Notes: generated from the sequence alone by a model not told the origin. Shown: positions 1-12,954, counted from the whole stretch's first letter. The stretch: 44,890 nt of DNA, filler included, from Sphacelaria rigidula (GCA_964200075.2; 2 parts of 2 records of this genome joined end to end with filler, not necessarily neighbours in it), one strand, 5' to 3'. Program-made: numbers and translations.

Positions 1-312
1 CAAATACCCCCCCCCCTATCGTAGGATGACTCTGATCAATCACTCGTATTAACACTTCGAGTCCTCGCGTTATGGCGTTGAAGGTGTCGCGGTTTCCGAA
101 TCGGAATGGGAAACCATCGTGTTGAGAAGTGAACTTTGTCCACCATTTGATGAAGTCATGGTGAATTGTCACCCATCAGGTATTCGGTGCCGTCCTGTGC
201 TTCAGAATCTCTTGCTCTGCACGCTGCACGTCTTTTACTTACAACCTCACTCCTCACATTCCGCGTGGTTACTATCTTTTGCTTTTTCGTGTGAAGCAGG
301 TGCATCGCAAGA

Positions 313-3300
313 CTAACCTACCGCGAAGCTACTTTTTTTGGGTGAGGTAGAACGTTGCAGTTCGACATGGAGCCGCCGCCAGTTGATGATGAAGAAGACG
401 CTGAAAGGTGGACCTCTTTTCATGAAGGGAACAACACGATGAAGAAGGGGCGGTCCCTGCCGTCTGCCAGTCACGGTGTATACGGTGAAAATGATATCAA
501 GAGCTCGATATAATTGGTCCAATTTCACTCCTCGCTGATATTCGATCAGTAGCACGACTTGAGCAAAATTCTGGATAAATACCGACAGTAAACGTTTGGA
601 AAAGACATCTTGAGGCGTTGCGAAAAGTCGTGTGCCATTGACGAAAAGTTAACCCTCAGAATGGCGCGTGTGCTACAACATAGTCCTTCTGTTCTTACCT
701 CACCGTTGGTGACTTGGTTGCAATGACAGCGAGAGTCAATTGATTTCAGTTGCGGTAAGTAGCTGCTCAGTATCAGTGTCGACTACTGCTCGGGATCAGT
801 GTATTCTCGTGTCTGCCCACCGTCAACTCTCCTCCCGCGCTGCGTCGAGTCCAGCAAGGTACTCCAGGCTGGTGTTGCAATCGAACTTCGGCGTTTCGGC
901 GTGTACCCTCGGCATGTCAACTTTTAATATTTTTTCCAGCAGTTGACTTTACGAACGTTCATTATTTGTTGATCCTTATGTCATCTTTCCGTAGTTTTTT
1001 CTATGGACAAGTATGGCTGCAGCAACCGTCATGCGCATTCATTGTCTTTTAGGTAAAATAGTACAGTGAAGAACATACGGCGAAGTGGGCTCTTCGGTGG
1101 GTCTCGATTGCATCTACATCCACCATTTGACAACAAACGCAAGCTTATATTCCATCCGTGTGGATATCACGTGTGGGCATTATGGACCATTGGTAGACAA
1201 GTATATATATTGAAGTTCCACGAGGCACGGACCAGCACTGTCACAGGTGCAGTAGTAACCCGTGCGGTAAAAATCACAAATGCAAAACATGCACGTTGCT
1301 CGGATTTGTAAGGTCGACCCGGATGAATGGGAGACGTAAGTCACGCGCATTTTGATGTATCCATTGCGAGAAATATGTTTTGGCTGTGTCCCGACGCTGT
1401 GCTCTAAAACGTCAATGTCTTTTGCGCTGTTGGTCATTCTGTCGATCGTGTCTTTTTGGAACCATTGCAAGGAGTAGCGTTCAGACTCGACCCCAACCGT
1501 CGCGCGTCTGTTCTTCTGTATTGCTTCGTGCCGCAGCGTTCCGCCAAATGGCGCGCGAGTGCTGTGTCGCGCTGGGCCATGGTGCCATCTAACGCGCGAA
1601 TATCCTCGACACTTTCATAATGCGGAAGAAATAGCCGAGCTCGTGCGGTTGCAAGAAAGGTGTGTAGAGCTTCTTTTCGGGCGAGCGTTGCTCGTTGTGA
1701 ATGTCGCTTTGAATGTCTGTACTCGTATGCAGTCGTGGTCTACATCAGTAGAGGGTGCCCCACCTTCTATATCGTGTAGGCGCTGACAGTCCCACACCAA
1801 CTCTGACGCTATAGCGTTCTCGATGAGCAGCCCGAGACAAGCTACTCTAGCAACACACCCGAACATGTAACCTCGGTGCGCCCGACGGGTAGCGCGCACA
1901 TCGCGAATGCTATTTTCCAGTGCAAATGCTAATCGTTGCCTCTCCGCCTTAATTCTGGCACTATTGCATGTAGTATACCGGTCGAACTCGCAGCTTTTCA
2001 TGAAGCTCTACCAGAACAGTCCATCCTACCCCCCACAGCCCATCTCACTCCCGGACAAAGCACTTCTCTGAACGTACCGATATTTCACGAGAAGTCAAGG
2101 CGTGCATGGCCACTAGGTGAGAGCTGGCGTTGCTCTAGCTGTGGTATGGTGTCCGTCGGTCCACTTACGGTAGAAGTGATATCATTCTCACTGCCGTATC
2201 ATGTGCACAGTGTGTCACAGGAAACTGAAGATAGAGATCGATCTGTTGTTGAGAAGAACCGGAGTTCACGTCAATCCACACAGCTACCGTTATTCTTGAC
2301 TTAGAGGTGTCGATGCCGCTGATGCACTTCTCGCTGAGGATGTAAGACCTCGTCGCCAGAACTGCTTTCCGTGTACTTTGTCCCAACAACGGGTCAATAT
2401 CTCTCGCGTGTGCATCGGACGCCACCCGCAGGGAATGTTCACGCTTGAAACGAAGAACTCCTGACGCATTGGTATGCCACGTGTTTCAGAGTAGGACTTT
2501 GCCGTACAAAACCCAAGAGTCACCAAAATCAAGTGTCGCCAAATTCGGATGTTTAGCCGACGGGCAGGCTATAGGTGCGATATGTACGACTTCGGAGTTC
2601 AACGGTTCCTTCGGGATGGTTCTGATTAGGTATGAGAATCTACGCATATGTTCGTATATGTACAAAACGACCCCCCTCCCCCGCATGAGAATAACGGAGC
2701 TCTGCACCACAACGGAATGCAACACACCTGACGACGTGCGGCAGTTGCCTATTGTTCAATCACTACGACATGTTGCAAGTGGCAGCGACTACATGACGGC
2801 CCTCGTGTGTAAACCGTCTCTCTCGGAGAGTTGAGGCTCGCAGTGTTCCTGTAGCTCCACCGCGTCATGTTTCTAATCTTTGCCTGAGCACATGGCACCA
2901 CAATACACCGATGATGATGCAGAAGCCAGAGTGTTGAGCGCTATGCTACCAAATGCATAGGGGTTATTTTCACCCACTTTCCCCCCTGTGAATATACACG
3001 CAGCACCCAACGTCACGACTTCCCGATTTGCCCGCTTGGGATAGGTCGTGAGAATGGCGTTTCGTTTCGGCCGGTGATAATATGGTCACGTTATGGGTGG
3101 GTTGCCGTGTCGACCTTTGGACATAGCCTTATTTTTCGAATGCCATATTTGATCAGTGTGAAATCCAAAAGCTGCGGCGGGTTACTTGATATGCAACATT
3201 GTAAAGCTAACACCGTAGTTACCACCATGCATGTCCAAACAATGAACATGTGGAAGTAGACTGCGAGGAACAAGGGGTCGGTAGGCAAGAGGTGTGTTCT

Positions 3301-3809
3301 CGCTTCACTGCACATCGGCGGTAACATTGTGCCGAAGAAATTGGAATGGCTGTGAAGTTCAGAACGGGTAGGAACAAGGTGGAGGCCTTGTGTTACTTGT
3401 ACTCGTGGATGTTCCGCATTGATTGATTGCGTGGAGACACATGGAGAGCTATCCGGTGACCGTTCGTGTTCAGCGGCAACGAAGTATGCGCGAATAAACG
3501 AGAAACGAAGGCTACAATCCGGTCATGTCCGGCTATGACAGGTAACGGGTAAACCGCGATTTCGAAGCTAGCGGTGACAGAGGTGATATCGACTAAGGCA
3601 AGCAGATGCGCAGGTGGTTGCACTTGGCATTTTCGCAGGATTTTGCTGTGATTGTTTCTCCCCTGTATCTTATACCCTGTCGTGGTTTCCGTGTCCAACC
3701 AGGTATCCATTACTGTGGGGACCGCCTCTCGCTGGAAGTGAGACACCAAATGCTTCGCCAAACAGACAGGTGGGCATAATCGAACCCGGAGATGAGCGAC
3801 GTAACACAT
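313..3809 (-). pseudogene. Decayed gene with AlkB-type 2OG-Fe(II) dioxygenase motifs followed by SRA/YDG-like motifs
   Basis: One minus frame (about 3255 to 2165, several stops) holds FTMLHIK*PAAAFGFHTD (HxD at 3160-3152), EVVTLGAACIF, GVLHSV, RRFSYLIR and CISGID. The next frame (2001-1180, one internal stop) holds QRLAFALENSIRDVRATRRAHRG. Boundaries are approximate. Confidence 0.4.
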
Positions 3810-4819
3810 CTATTACGGAGCAAAATGCCGAGTCCACGTCGAACGTGTCAACTGAGGTGAGATATACAAGCTGTGAAGCCTAGAGGCACGGACCAAAGCG
3901 CATACTTTGTTTCCGCCGATAATCCCATCGGGCAATTCTAACCCGAGGGGGCATCCTTTGCGCCCTCCGAAGGTAGGGTATGATATCAGCTGGGTCCCAC
4001 AGCAGACGACCCTGTGCAGGTTCAGCTTTTCAAGATTCTCCGTTATCTTTGCGCGTTATGGGACAACACCATACGACACAACGCGGCACATAAGGAGTTC
4101 TGCTATTAGGGTCACCACTACTCAGAGTTGTGACTGTTTGAATAGCCCTAACATGGCGGTGGGTGTATCAGCAACAAATATGTACCGCTCTATTTCCCCC
4201 TTACCCCATTTTCGGCAATACTCGCAGTCTCAGCTGCCAGAGAGACCTCGCCACTGGGTGGGCGATGTGCAACCGTATACGTGGTGTCAGGTGAGGCATT
4301 GGACCAGATTGGCGCCTGGATCATCTCGTGTTCTAGACTTTAAGGTGACTGCCGAAGTCGGTATGCTACACAGGTTGGAAACATGTCGTAACGGATCACT
4401 GAGGAGTGATGCTGCGATAAGGGGGGTGGTTGATTTCATGAAAAACAGCGGCTCACAGGTGTGCCAGATGACCTAACCACTCGGGATGCGTTTGTATTTG
4501 GCTGAAAACGGTGCCAAGCGGTATGAATGGATGTGTCGTATTAGTAACAAGAATATATTAGCGGAAGTTTCGTGGAAGAAATGGCCCAAAATCCCACCCC
4601 CTCTCCTTCGTAGCATCACTCTAGTCGTCTCAAAGAGAAGCTTGGTGGGGCATAACAGAACATCTGTCTCATGGCGAGGTACCGGCCGCCTAGAGGCATC
4701 ACGCATTGCTTTGTGTATGTGCGCTGGTACGTCAACCCGATTGACGTCTGGGTAATGTGCAACAACTCTGTAGCGGGTTTTCAAAGTCATCTCTGTATGG
4801 TGAATGCGGCCGCGCGCAG

Positions 4820-4933
4820 GAAAAGATGGTGACGGTCGGAGACTGGATTGCCGGTGTCAATTGGTCCGCGTTCGACGCAGCCGTTGAGAGCTCTAAGGAA
4901 TTGCGCGGCGCAATGGATATGAAGAAAAAACTT
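4820..4933 (+). CDS. Putative upstream exon of the p300/CBP-like gene (bromodomain-like part 1)
   Basis: gcgcag|GAA...CTT|gtgagt, phase 0/0; EKMVTVGDWIAGVNWSAFDAAVESSKELRGAMDMKKKL. The ending resembles bromodomain PMDLxTIKKKL. Confidence 0.45.
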
Positions 4934-5357
4934 GTGAGTACATCGTGAAGAATGTTTCCCGGGCTGGTCACCTGGGCAAGCAGCATAACCAACGCTCACT
5001 CACCACCCCGTGTGGTTTCTGCTGCCGTTGTGTTGTTGTGGTTATGATGAGAATAGGACCTCCATCGGAGGAGCTTATTGTCCAAGGCGGAGTGTATTCG
5101 AGAACAACCGCGCTGCGTTTGCCAGTAGTATGTCATAAGGGGAACGGCGATCCCAAACCACACCCGTCAAAGCATACAGCTCGAATCGCGAGAACTTCGC
5201 AACTGTCGTGTAGGTCAACATTGAAACTTCATTCTCCAAGACTCTTCGAGCAACTGGTGGAAAGTTTAGCCAAGTTTACTCCTGCATTTCTCTGCCCTTG
5301 AAGACAAACCCGCAGCCACAGCAAGTGTCCCAATTCTGCTTGATCTGTACCATCCAG

Positions 5358-5420
5358 ACACAGGTCAGGATGGCCCTGGCAAACCAGGCGTTTGACAAAA
5401 TGGAAGACGTCTTTTCCGCT
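5358..5420 (+). CDS. Putative exon, bromodomain-like part 2
   Basis: atccag|ACA...GCT|gtgagc; TQVRMALANQAFDKMEDVFSA, weakly like L..GQY....F.AD. Its position before the RING finger fits p300 architecture. Confidence 0.4.
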
Positions 5421-5940
5421 GTGAGCTCGGCTTTGGGACTGTGCGATAGAGCGACAGAGGATCATTCGATGTTGTCAACTTTGAAGGTGCTTGCGTTATC
5501 TGATTTCCCAAGCGGTTCGTCTCTTGCTGGTGGAGTACTCGTGACCAGCAAACATGTGTGAGAAACGCATGGATACGGATCGCGTATAGCAGAGATTTCT
5601 GGAATACTAGCTGTAGAGACAATGAGCAAAACAGGCGGTGTATTTATCTTTCGTGTTCGGGCTACGGAGCCGCAGTAGAGAAGATACATCGTCCCGTCGT
5701 CAGTATCAGCACCGCACCCGCGCCCTCTTACGCTCCATGCACATCACGCGTTTTCTGTGCCCTCGAATTAGCAATTTGATCTAGTCCTTGAGGTATACTC
5801 AGATCAGACCCCAGTCGTACCATACCTTTGCCATCCACGCTATTGTGTCGGCAGTTGACTGCCGGAACGATCACTTTCATGTTTCCAAGTTCCTTGAGGC
5901 GTGTGTCCAAAATCCTCCTTAACTCGGTCGGCTGCTACAG

Positions 5941-6094
5941 GACTCGATGCTCGTGGGGGCATTTACGGAAGAGTGCACCGGCGAATGCCCAAAGTGCGAT
6001 GGAAACCCCTGCAAAATTTGCATCAAAACTTGCCGGGCAGCACCGCGTCACCGAATCTATTGTGACGAGTGCGCCAAGCTCTTTAATCCCGGCG
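5941..6094 (+). CDS. p300/CBP-like exon: first half of the RING-type zinc finger
   Basis: ctacag|GAC...GGCG|gtgagt (ends phase 1); CKICIKTCRAAPRHRIYCDECAKLFNPG parallels plant HAC/CBP CQLC...PPIYCTPCGARIKRN. Confidence 0.75.
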
Positions 6095-6557
6095 GTGAGT
6101 GTTTCGGAGTCGTGATCGGAATTGATGTCCTGGGATTTGAGCATGTTTTGCGATGCGAGACCAGAAGACCAACGCCTGACGTAGTCCTGACACAATACCT
6201 AGTCCTCAACTGGCGATTCACTCTGAGGTTAGACAAGGAGTGCATTGCATTACATGATTCGCGAACAATGAAGAAACCGAAGAGCGCACGGAAGAGAAGT
6301 TGTCCCGCCCCATGCTTCAATCGACGTGAGCCGAGCCCCCGAAATCGAATACAGGGGGGGGGACCATGGTTTCTGTTTCTTTATCATGAACTCCCTGGGT
6401 TTTTGGGTACCCCGCGGTTCCTAGGTTGAGACGCGTGTTGTGACAGAGCCGCCTGTAGAGCTTGCCCTTTGCAACTATGTGAGGAGGTTCCGTGAATTGT
6501 TTTTGCGTCTTGAACGTTAATCGCCGTCCTACCACGTTGCTTTGGTCGCCTGAACAG

Positions 6558-6757
6558 ACAGTTTCAGACGAAGTCTTGATGCGTCATCTACGTTGTGTAC
6601 AAGATGCTATCGTCGGCGGTTTGCGCCGGCGAAGACGATGGAAGGACGGGCAGCGCAAGAAAAAATGAAATCCGCAGCGTACATCAAGGCCACGGCTCCA
6701 TCAAATGGGACTGAGGACCTCGTACAATGTAGTTGCTGCGGGGATTGGGGGCATTTG
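6558..6757 (+). CDS. p300/CBP-like exon: end of RING and first half of PHD finger
   Basis: gaacag|AC AGT..., phase matches the previous exon; LCTRCY...EDLVQCSCCGDWGHL|gtaaga, versus CBP-family E..VQC..C..W.HQ. Confidence 0.8.
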
Positions 6758-7356
6758 GTAAGAGAATATGTGACCTGGACTGTAGGAATTGCTGTTTTCT
6801 TGTTTCCTCGGAGCACCACTACTCGTGCGCATGGGTCTTGAAGGAAATGACTTCCCTCAGATCCCCCCTGCCGTTCGGCAGCACGGCCGGTCGATTGCCG
6901 TGTCCTCTCAAGGGGGGGAACACATTCGTCGTGCGTATTCGCTCCTTACGTCCCCACAGTTATGACTACCGCCGCGGTGAACCGATTCTCACAGTTCTGT
7001 GCAGCTTCAATCTCTGATAGACACAGCTTTCGAACTTTGTCTAAAACGTTCTGCCGCAAACAAGGGGGGTATTCGTGCTCCGTACCGGTAGTCCCGTGCC
7101 TGGAGCATGTTAGCGCAGTTCATAGCAGGCGTGGTGCACCCTTGAGGACGTTCATTTGGATCCGAAACCATGAAGCGGTGGGATTCAGGCCCCCTCCTTC
7201 TAGTTCGAGGTCAAAGTAGACGTGCCGCGTGGCTCGGTAATTTTTATTGTGGTCGGAATTTGCTCCAAAGACACCGAGAATCCTCGCTGGGCGTTAGGCG
7301 AAATCCCGGCTCTCATCTGTAAAAATTTCGGCCGCGCCCGTGAACGACTCTTCTAG

Positions 7357-7446
7357 GCGTGCTTCATGCACAATGTGACGAGCAGGGAAGAGGCGCCCTT
7401 GGCTTGCCCGAAGTGCCCGCAACTTGATCAAGCACCACATCGAAAG
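7357..7446 (+). CDS. p300/CBP-like exon: second half of PHD finger
   Basis: ttctag|GCG TGC TTC ATG CAC AAT...AAG|gtgaga; ACFMHNVTSREEAPLACPKC, versus ICAL(F/H)N...F.CP.C. Confidence 0.8.
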
Positions 7447-7929
7447 GTGAGATTATTCGCAACGGTAGTGCGCCCACTTCAGCCCGACAAAGCACTTGGT
7501 TACCGTCTCTCACACGGGTTGCGATTGGGTATGCGATCACGATTACATGCCACGCCCACGACACACTGTAATCGCGGGCATTCGACATCATCGGGGGAGA
7601 AGGACGCAAACAGTTTGACGAAAACCCCGAACCTTTGTGACTGTTCCGTGCGGTGGCAAGGTGTTCTACGGTAGACACGTGTTCATCTCTCCCAAATATC
7701 TAGTGAAGCATATGATACCGCTGCCGCGTAAAATCACTGCCTTTTTTTCTCCCCACCTCCCGATGGTGTGGTACTGTTTCATGACAGCGATTTCCAAAGC
7801 TTGACTCCCGACAGACTGAGAAACGGTATTTTTCTCTGCGAGAAATCAGAAACCCAACCTATGGGAATGACATGTTTGATAGTGTGCTGCACGCGACCCG
7901 TTCACTGACCTTATCCTCGTCTCTGACAG

Positions 7930-8058
7930 CGCTTTGATGATCTAAAGAAGACCAATCTTGGAGATTACATCGAACAAGAACTCCGCGCCTCTCTCGAGCG
8001 GCAACACGCGAGCGAGCAGGCGCAAAGTATTCATGTTCGCGTCGTCAGCGTTGATAAC
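7930..8058 (+). CDS. p300/CBP-like exon: start of HAT domain
   Basis: tgacag|CGC...AAC|gtgagt; RFDDLKKTNLGDYIEQELRASLERQHASEQAQSIHVRVVSVDN, versus p300 AKRLPSTRLGTFLENRVNDFL...EVTVRVVHASD. Not present in the ORF track. Confidence 0.85.
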
Positions 8059-8687
8059 GTGAGTTGAGGCTCCTGGGTTACGACAACGCTTTCGCTTTTT
8101 TGACGACGTTTCCGTGAAACATTGCGATCAACGCGACGCAGGATCCAACGTTCGAAGAACGGGGGATGCAAGTTGACGTTTCCGGGCACCAAGCCTTGTC
8201 GACTAGACCCATGACACAGCCATAATCGCCATCAAGTCGCAAGTAGGGAATGCCGCGCACTGCCCACACATCCCGCTCTACTCATGTACTACCGGTGGCC
8301 CATTTTGCTTGAGAGTGAAGAACTGAGAATTCAGCATTTCCTCCTATAATCTCTTTGATTTTTTCGGGAGATGCACTCCCCGTTAAATGATCCGGAAAGA
8401 CGGAAAATCTCACTTCCGGCCAGATGTTTTACAGAGACGAGAAGGAAATTACGAGCCGAACTTTGGTCAAAAACGAAAATCGAAACGTGCAAAACAATGG
8501 CCTCTCGCAAGGTGGAGACACTGTTGTTCTCGAGGAGACAATAGGGCACAGTATGAGTTATACTGCATCGGGCGAAGTACTGGGTGGAATTTGGGTGCCA
8601 GGAAAACAGACAGCGTGATGTTCAGATGAGTGAAAACCTGCTCTCGGGTCCCGAAGGATCACCGAGGTCATCAGGTCATATTCTCAG

Positions 8688-8809
8688 AATACTTGTGTCC
8701 TGCCTCCGTGGTTGTCGCGACAGGTCGAATACGATATCGACGACATTGCCCTCGAGACGTTCGGGAGGCAAACGGAGGAAGGGATGGAACGACTACGCCG
8801 GAAAAAGCG
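8688..8809 (+). CDS. p300/CBP-like exon: HAT domain
   Basis: tctcag|AAT...AAGCG|gtaaga; phase 0 in and phase 2 out, exactly bridging the 8058 donor and the 11207 acceptor; NTCVLPPWLSRQVEYDIDDIALETFGRQTEEGMERLRRKKR. Confidence 0.7.
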
Positions 8810-9829
8810 GTAAGAGCTCTTGTGTTAGCCGTACTCAGTATCGCTTCGTTGCGTTTTCTCTTCCATGGTTCCGTGAGGAGACGCACGTACACCCTGGACA
8901 ATAGACGGCATATTTCGCAATAGTAGTAGAGTCTGCTGCAGTAGATACCAGTATTGTCGCCCGTAATGGCCATCGATCGGCAGGTTTCTCTTTCTATTGT
9001 CGTCGGCAATGTCTATCGATAGAGTGTCCGGGTAGTGGTCTGTTGTGGCCCCACACCGACATCTCGTGCGGCCGACCAAATGTATCGATGGATAGTTTTC
9101 CAAATCTATCGATCACGGCAATGGCTATCGATAGACCGCGTGCCAAATCTATTGACGATAACGATGGCTATTGACAGATTGTATACCAAATTTACTGATG
9201 ACGGCAACCGCTATTGATATATTGCGTATAAAATCTATGCATGGCGGCAATAAATATCGATAGATACGTGCCAGAATCTACCGTGGTATACAACGCCTAC
9301 CGATGGATATTCTCTGTCGTGTAATGCCAAACCTACATCGCAACATACTACGTGTAGAGCATATTATACTCCTTTAAAGTACGGTAGAGAAGTCGCAGAT
9401 GGACATACAGTGGGTATATTGTGCTACGACTTGTGAATAGAGGACGTCACGTTTATACAGTTTTGGAACGCTTGTATTCTGTAGGATTCTGCAACATGTG
9501 TGGACCATAGGTTTGTTGTTGGTGTGGTGTTGGTACTTATGCTTGTCCCTCCGGTGGACATGAGCGCTTGCAGTACTTTTGTATGAGGGTGAGATGTGCT
9601 CATACCCTGGACAATAGACTATGTAATAGAACATTGGCGCCGCGATAGCCCCGAAAGTTTGACTGTCAATGTTCATTGTCAGTCAAAATCGACTGGCATT
9701 ACTGTCTATCGATAGCTATTATAGGCGACAAAAGATTCGGGACAAGGGACAGAATGTATCATTGCCGTGACAATGGCGGGGCCAAGTTGTCTATCGATGC
9801 ATTTTATATGTTGCCATTGGCTCTGACTT

Positions 9830-10040
9830 GCGGCCACCAATGTCTATTGCTAGTCACAATAGGATCTGCCACGCGGCCACCAATACATATTGTTGGTCAC
9901 AATAGGATTTCAATTGTGCCCACCAATGTCTATTGAGGGTCACAATATCATCTGAGTCGCGGCCATCAATGTATGTTGCTGGTCACAATGCAATCTGAAC
10001 CACGGCCACCATTTTCTATTGCTGACCACAAAAGTAGCTG
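9830..10040. repeat. About 5 x 43 bp degenerate tandem repeat
   Basis: Units like GCGGCCACCAATGTCTATTGCTAGTCACAATAGGATCTGCCAC. Confidence 0.8.
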
Positions 10041-10283
10041 AATGGCGTCGGTCACTAGCCATGTATGCACATTTTCAGTGGATGCTTCCATCTTGTTCCA
10101 CAGAAGCTATGTGATCAGCTATCGCCTCAGGTAGTTGCATGTTCATGTGTGAGGGGTGTCGCCGTTAATGTCATAAGACCACTGCAGTGAGCAATATATT
10201 TATAAAAACCTATCATTGGCGGCACTGGCTATCGGTAGGTGCTCCCGAGAACAATCGGTTGTAAACGGCAATGGCCGTATTGA

Positions 10284-10284
<1 letters not shown>

Positions 10285-10323
<39 letters not shown>
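10285..10323. repeat. (ATT)13 microsatellite
   Basis: Read directly from the sequence. Confidence 0.95.
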
Positions 10324-11206
10324 TCCGCACATTAGAATAGATACCCAAAAATGCATTGTTGGCGGCAGAGGCTACCGATAGATGGCCCACCACATCTATT
10401 GGTGACGGTAGTTGGTATTGACAGATGGCTCACCTAATCTATTGGTGACGGCAATGACTATCGATTGATGGCTCACCCAATCTGTTAACAACGGCAATAA
10501 CTATCGATACATACATCCCAGAATCTATTACGGTATGCGATTTCCATCGATAGCGAGCCATCTTTATCTACTGTAATTGCCATAGGCTATCGATCGACTA
10601 TTGCAACACCTATTGTCCCTTGCAATACATATCAATAGATGTGTTTTACGATCTATTGTGTTCGATAACATATACCGACAGGCTTTCCCCCGTGTCTATT
10701 GCTGAAGCGATGGACCATTTTGGTGTCCATTGTCCAGAGTGTGAAGACGTGATATGCACCCGTGCGACGCTGGCCGACAAGGCGCGACTGTACCGAGGAT
10801 CTGAACAGCACATTACCCGAATGACTGGGGTATGGTAGGATTCAGGGTGGGATGTTTTGGTTTGTCAAAACCCTATTATAGATACCCTGGAAACTCAGTA
10901 GGCTCGGCAGTCGATGCCCAAAAACCTTGGAATACTTCATGTTCTCGGCATTGAGATACCCTCGGCACATTAGCGTACGCGGTCCTGCAAAAGCCCTGAG
11001 GATCAGGGAGCTGCTGATATCCCAGATCGTGGAATACTCCACCATAGTTACCTTCGTGACAATATGTCTTTTTCAATTCTGAGTAGCTACAGAAAGTGGA
11101 TTGTGTCGAGTTTGCAGAAATTGTTGCATCGGATTGCCAGCGGTCTGATGAAGCGTGCTATTGCTCTTTTGTTGGTGTCCTCTTCTCCACGCCGCGCGTT
11201 CTACAG

Positions 11207-11328
11207 ATTCGTCCGCAAGTGCGTCCTCCTCGCACAAAAGCAAGCAGGACAAGACGCCCTTGTCCAGGCGTTGATTGTGCTAGAGGACGGCGATGATGAC
11301 AGTGCGGTGATTGAGTACATGGACACAG
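11207..11328 (+). CDS. p300/CBP-like exon: HAT core beta-strands
   Basis: ctacag|A TTC...ACA G|gtgaac; FVRKCVLLAQKQAGQDALVQALIVLEDGDDDSAVIEYMDT, versus YRTKALFAFEEIDGVDLCFFGMHVQEYG..VYISYLDS. Confidence 0.85.
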
Positions 11329-11810
11329 GTGAACGAACGTAGGATGTACACAGCGCAGAGAGTGCTCTTGACGCCATCGTGCCGGATTCTTATATGGTGG
11401 TCGATTTTCTGTCTGCGATAATGGGACTGATCGAGCTGAAATTGATCGACCTAAGCCGAGTCATGCGTATTATCTTATTTTGAGCGTTCCCCAGTGTCGG
11501 CAAGACGTAAGTGCTGACGCTATACATTTACAGCTGAGCGGCTGTGCAGTGTATCGAAAAATGTTGCAGCTGTCCCTTGTTGACAACAAATCCGTTTCAA
11601 TGGCGACGCATCGCTCGTACAGATGTAAGTCAGGATGTTGGTGGAATGACCGAAAAGGATAGGCTTCCCTTCGCACCACCTGGGAGAATCGAGACCTCCG
11701 TCTGATGCAAGATGCTGCCAAATGTTTTCACCTACTCCTCCTTGATCTAGATCAAAACCGGTGATGACGTCACAGTTCACCGCACGCACACCCTCTCTCC
11801 CCGACTTCAG

Positions 11811-12024
11811 GAGCCATGTACGTTGGAAATAAGCGCGGCCTTGTGTACCGCCTTGTTCTGGCGCTGTACGTGCAGCACGTGTTTGCTCACGGAGCTACGC
11901 ACGTTCGGCTGTGGAGCTCTCCTTTAGAAAAGGACAACCTGTACTTTTTCTTCGGTCATCCTCCCCACCAAGATCTTAGCGCGGATCAAGGCCGGCTGAA
12001 CGGGTACTACGCTGGGGTGCACAG
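11811..12024 (+). CDS. p300/CBP-like exon: HAT catalytic/L1-loop region
   Basis: cttcag|GA GCC ATG...; RGLVYRLVLALYVQHVFAHGATHVRLWSSPLEKDNLYFFFGHPPHQDLSADQGRLNGYY, versus [58 protein letters not shown]. The donor is at 12017 or 12025. Confidence 0.9.
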
Positions 12025-12304
12025 GTGATGGCTCATCCCCACCTCCGTTTTACATGTAGTCAGGGTGAGAGTGGTCACTGATCTTGATAAAGACCGTCCT
12101 TCAAACATCAGAGAAGCTCGTGCGTATGAAGTCGTACAACAACACGCGGAATTCGAACCTCGACCGTCAACCAGCATCTCACACGAAGTTCTCACCGTGA
12201 TGATGCAGTCGAGTTATGCCGCCCAGCAACCGGAATATGTTCCAGTAGCCGGTCTCCCTTCATAACTCGAGTGCTGTTTCCACCGCGTTACAAGGTGTGT
12301 TCAG

Positions 12305-12662
12305 AAAGATACTGCGATCGTTGTCCGATGCCCGCCTCGCGGCTGAACTTGCTGCAAGAGCATGAAGCGACACTGATCGAACCTCGTACGCCTGTCTGTG
12401 CGTCTTGGCGCTATCCTACTTCGGGGATACCCGCTGCCCGCACCGTCACCTCGATATGCTTCCATCGCACATTCGCAGCATCCTGCACATGGGTCGCTGG
12501 GTGGACGGAGAAGCCGTCCAGCTTTCATCAGTGGAAACACTGACGCGTCTGCAGCATGCACTCAAACGTGCGAAAAACGAACTCCTGACGGCGCGGAGCA
12601 ACGACGCGGAGTGTGGGTTTGGTGACGTCGAGCGGATGGCTCGGCTTCCGTTGGTTCCGGTG
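12305..12662 (+). pseudogene. p300/CBP-like exon containing an in-frame TGA
   Basis: The frame holding LSYFGDTRCP (versus LPYFEGDFWP) has TGA at 12363-12365 and ends GTG|gtgaga. The acceptor position is uncertain. Confidence 0.55.
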
Positions 12663-12954
12663 GTGAGACCCGCTGCATTATTCGGCCCTATGATCTGTGC
12701 GCGTTTACCTGTCGGTGATCGTCCGACCGCTGGTGATGAATATATTTCCCAGTCGCTCGTTGGAGAGATTGCGTAGTCCTACCCATGTACCAGCGGTTAT
12801 TGGAAGTGCTAACGATCGCTCAATGCACCCACCACGCAAATGAACACAGAACGTAACGTTCAAACTGATCGGAGCTGAACAACAATCGACTATTCGCTCT
12901 CACGGCCTGAGCTCTTTCCCCACCCACTTTGTCTATCCTCCGCTCGTCGCAAAG

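Larger units (their letters stand above)
8890..10741. mobile_element. Non-autonomous TIR DNA element in a HAT-gene intron
   Basis: Left end CACCCTGGACAATAGAC; right end GTCCATTGTCCAGAGTG (15/17 inverted match); a second left end at 9603; body made of 42-43 bp degenerate units around ATCGAT/CTATTG. Confidence 0.7.

Noticed and set aside
1200-1300. CICDFYRTGYYC as a SWIM finger of a MULE/Zisupton transposase
   Set aside because: It lacks the terminal CxH, and no DDE motifs are recognisable nearby.
9830-10040. Regularly spaced repeats resembling a CRISPR array
   Set aside because: Degenerate tandem units without unique spacers, no cas genes, and an intronic eukaryotic context.
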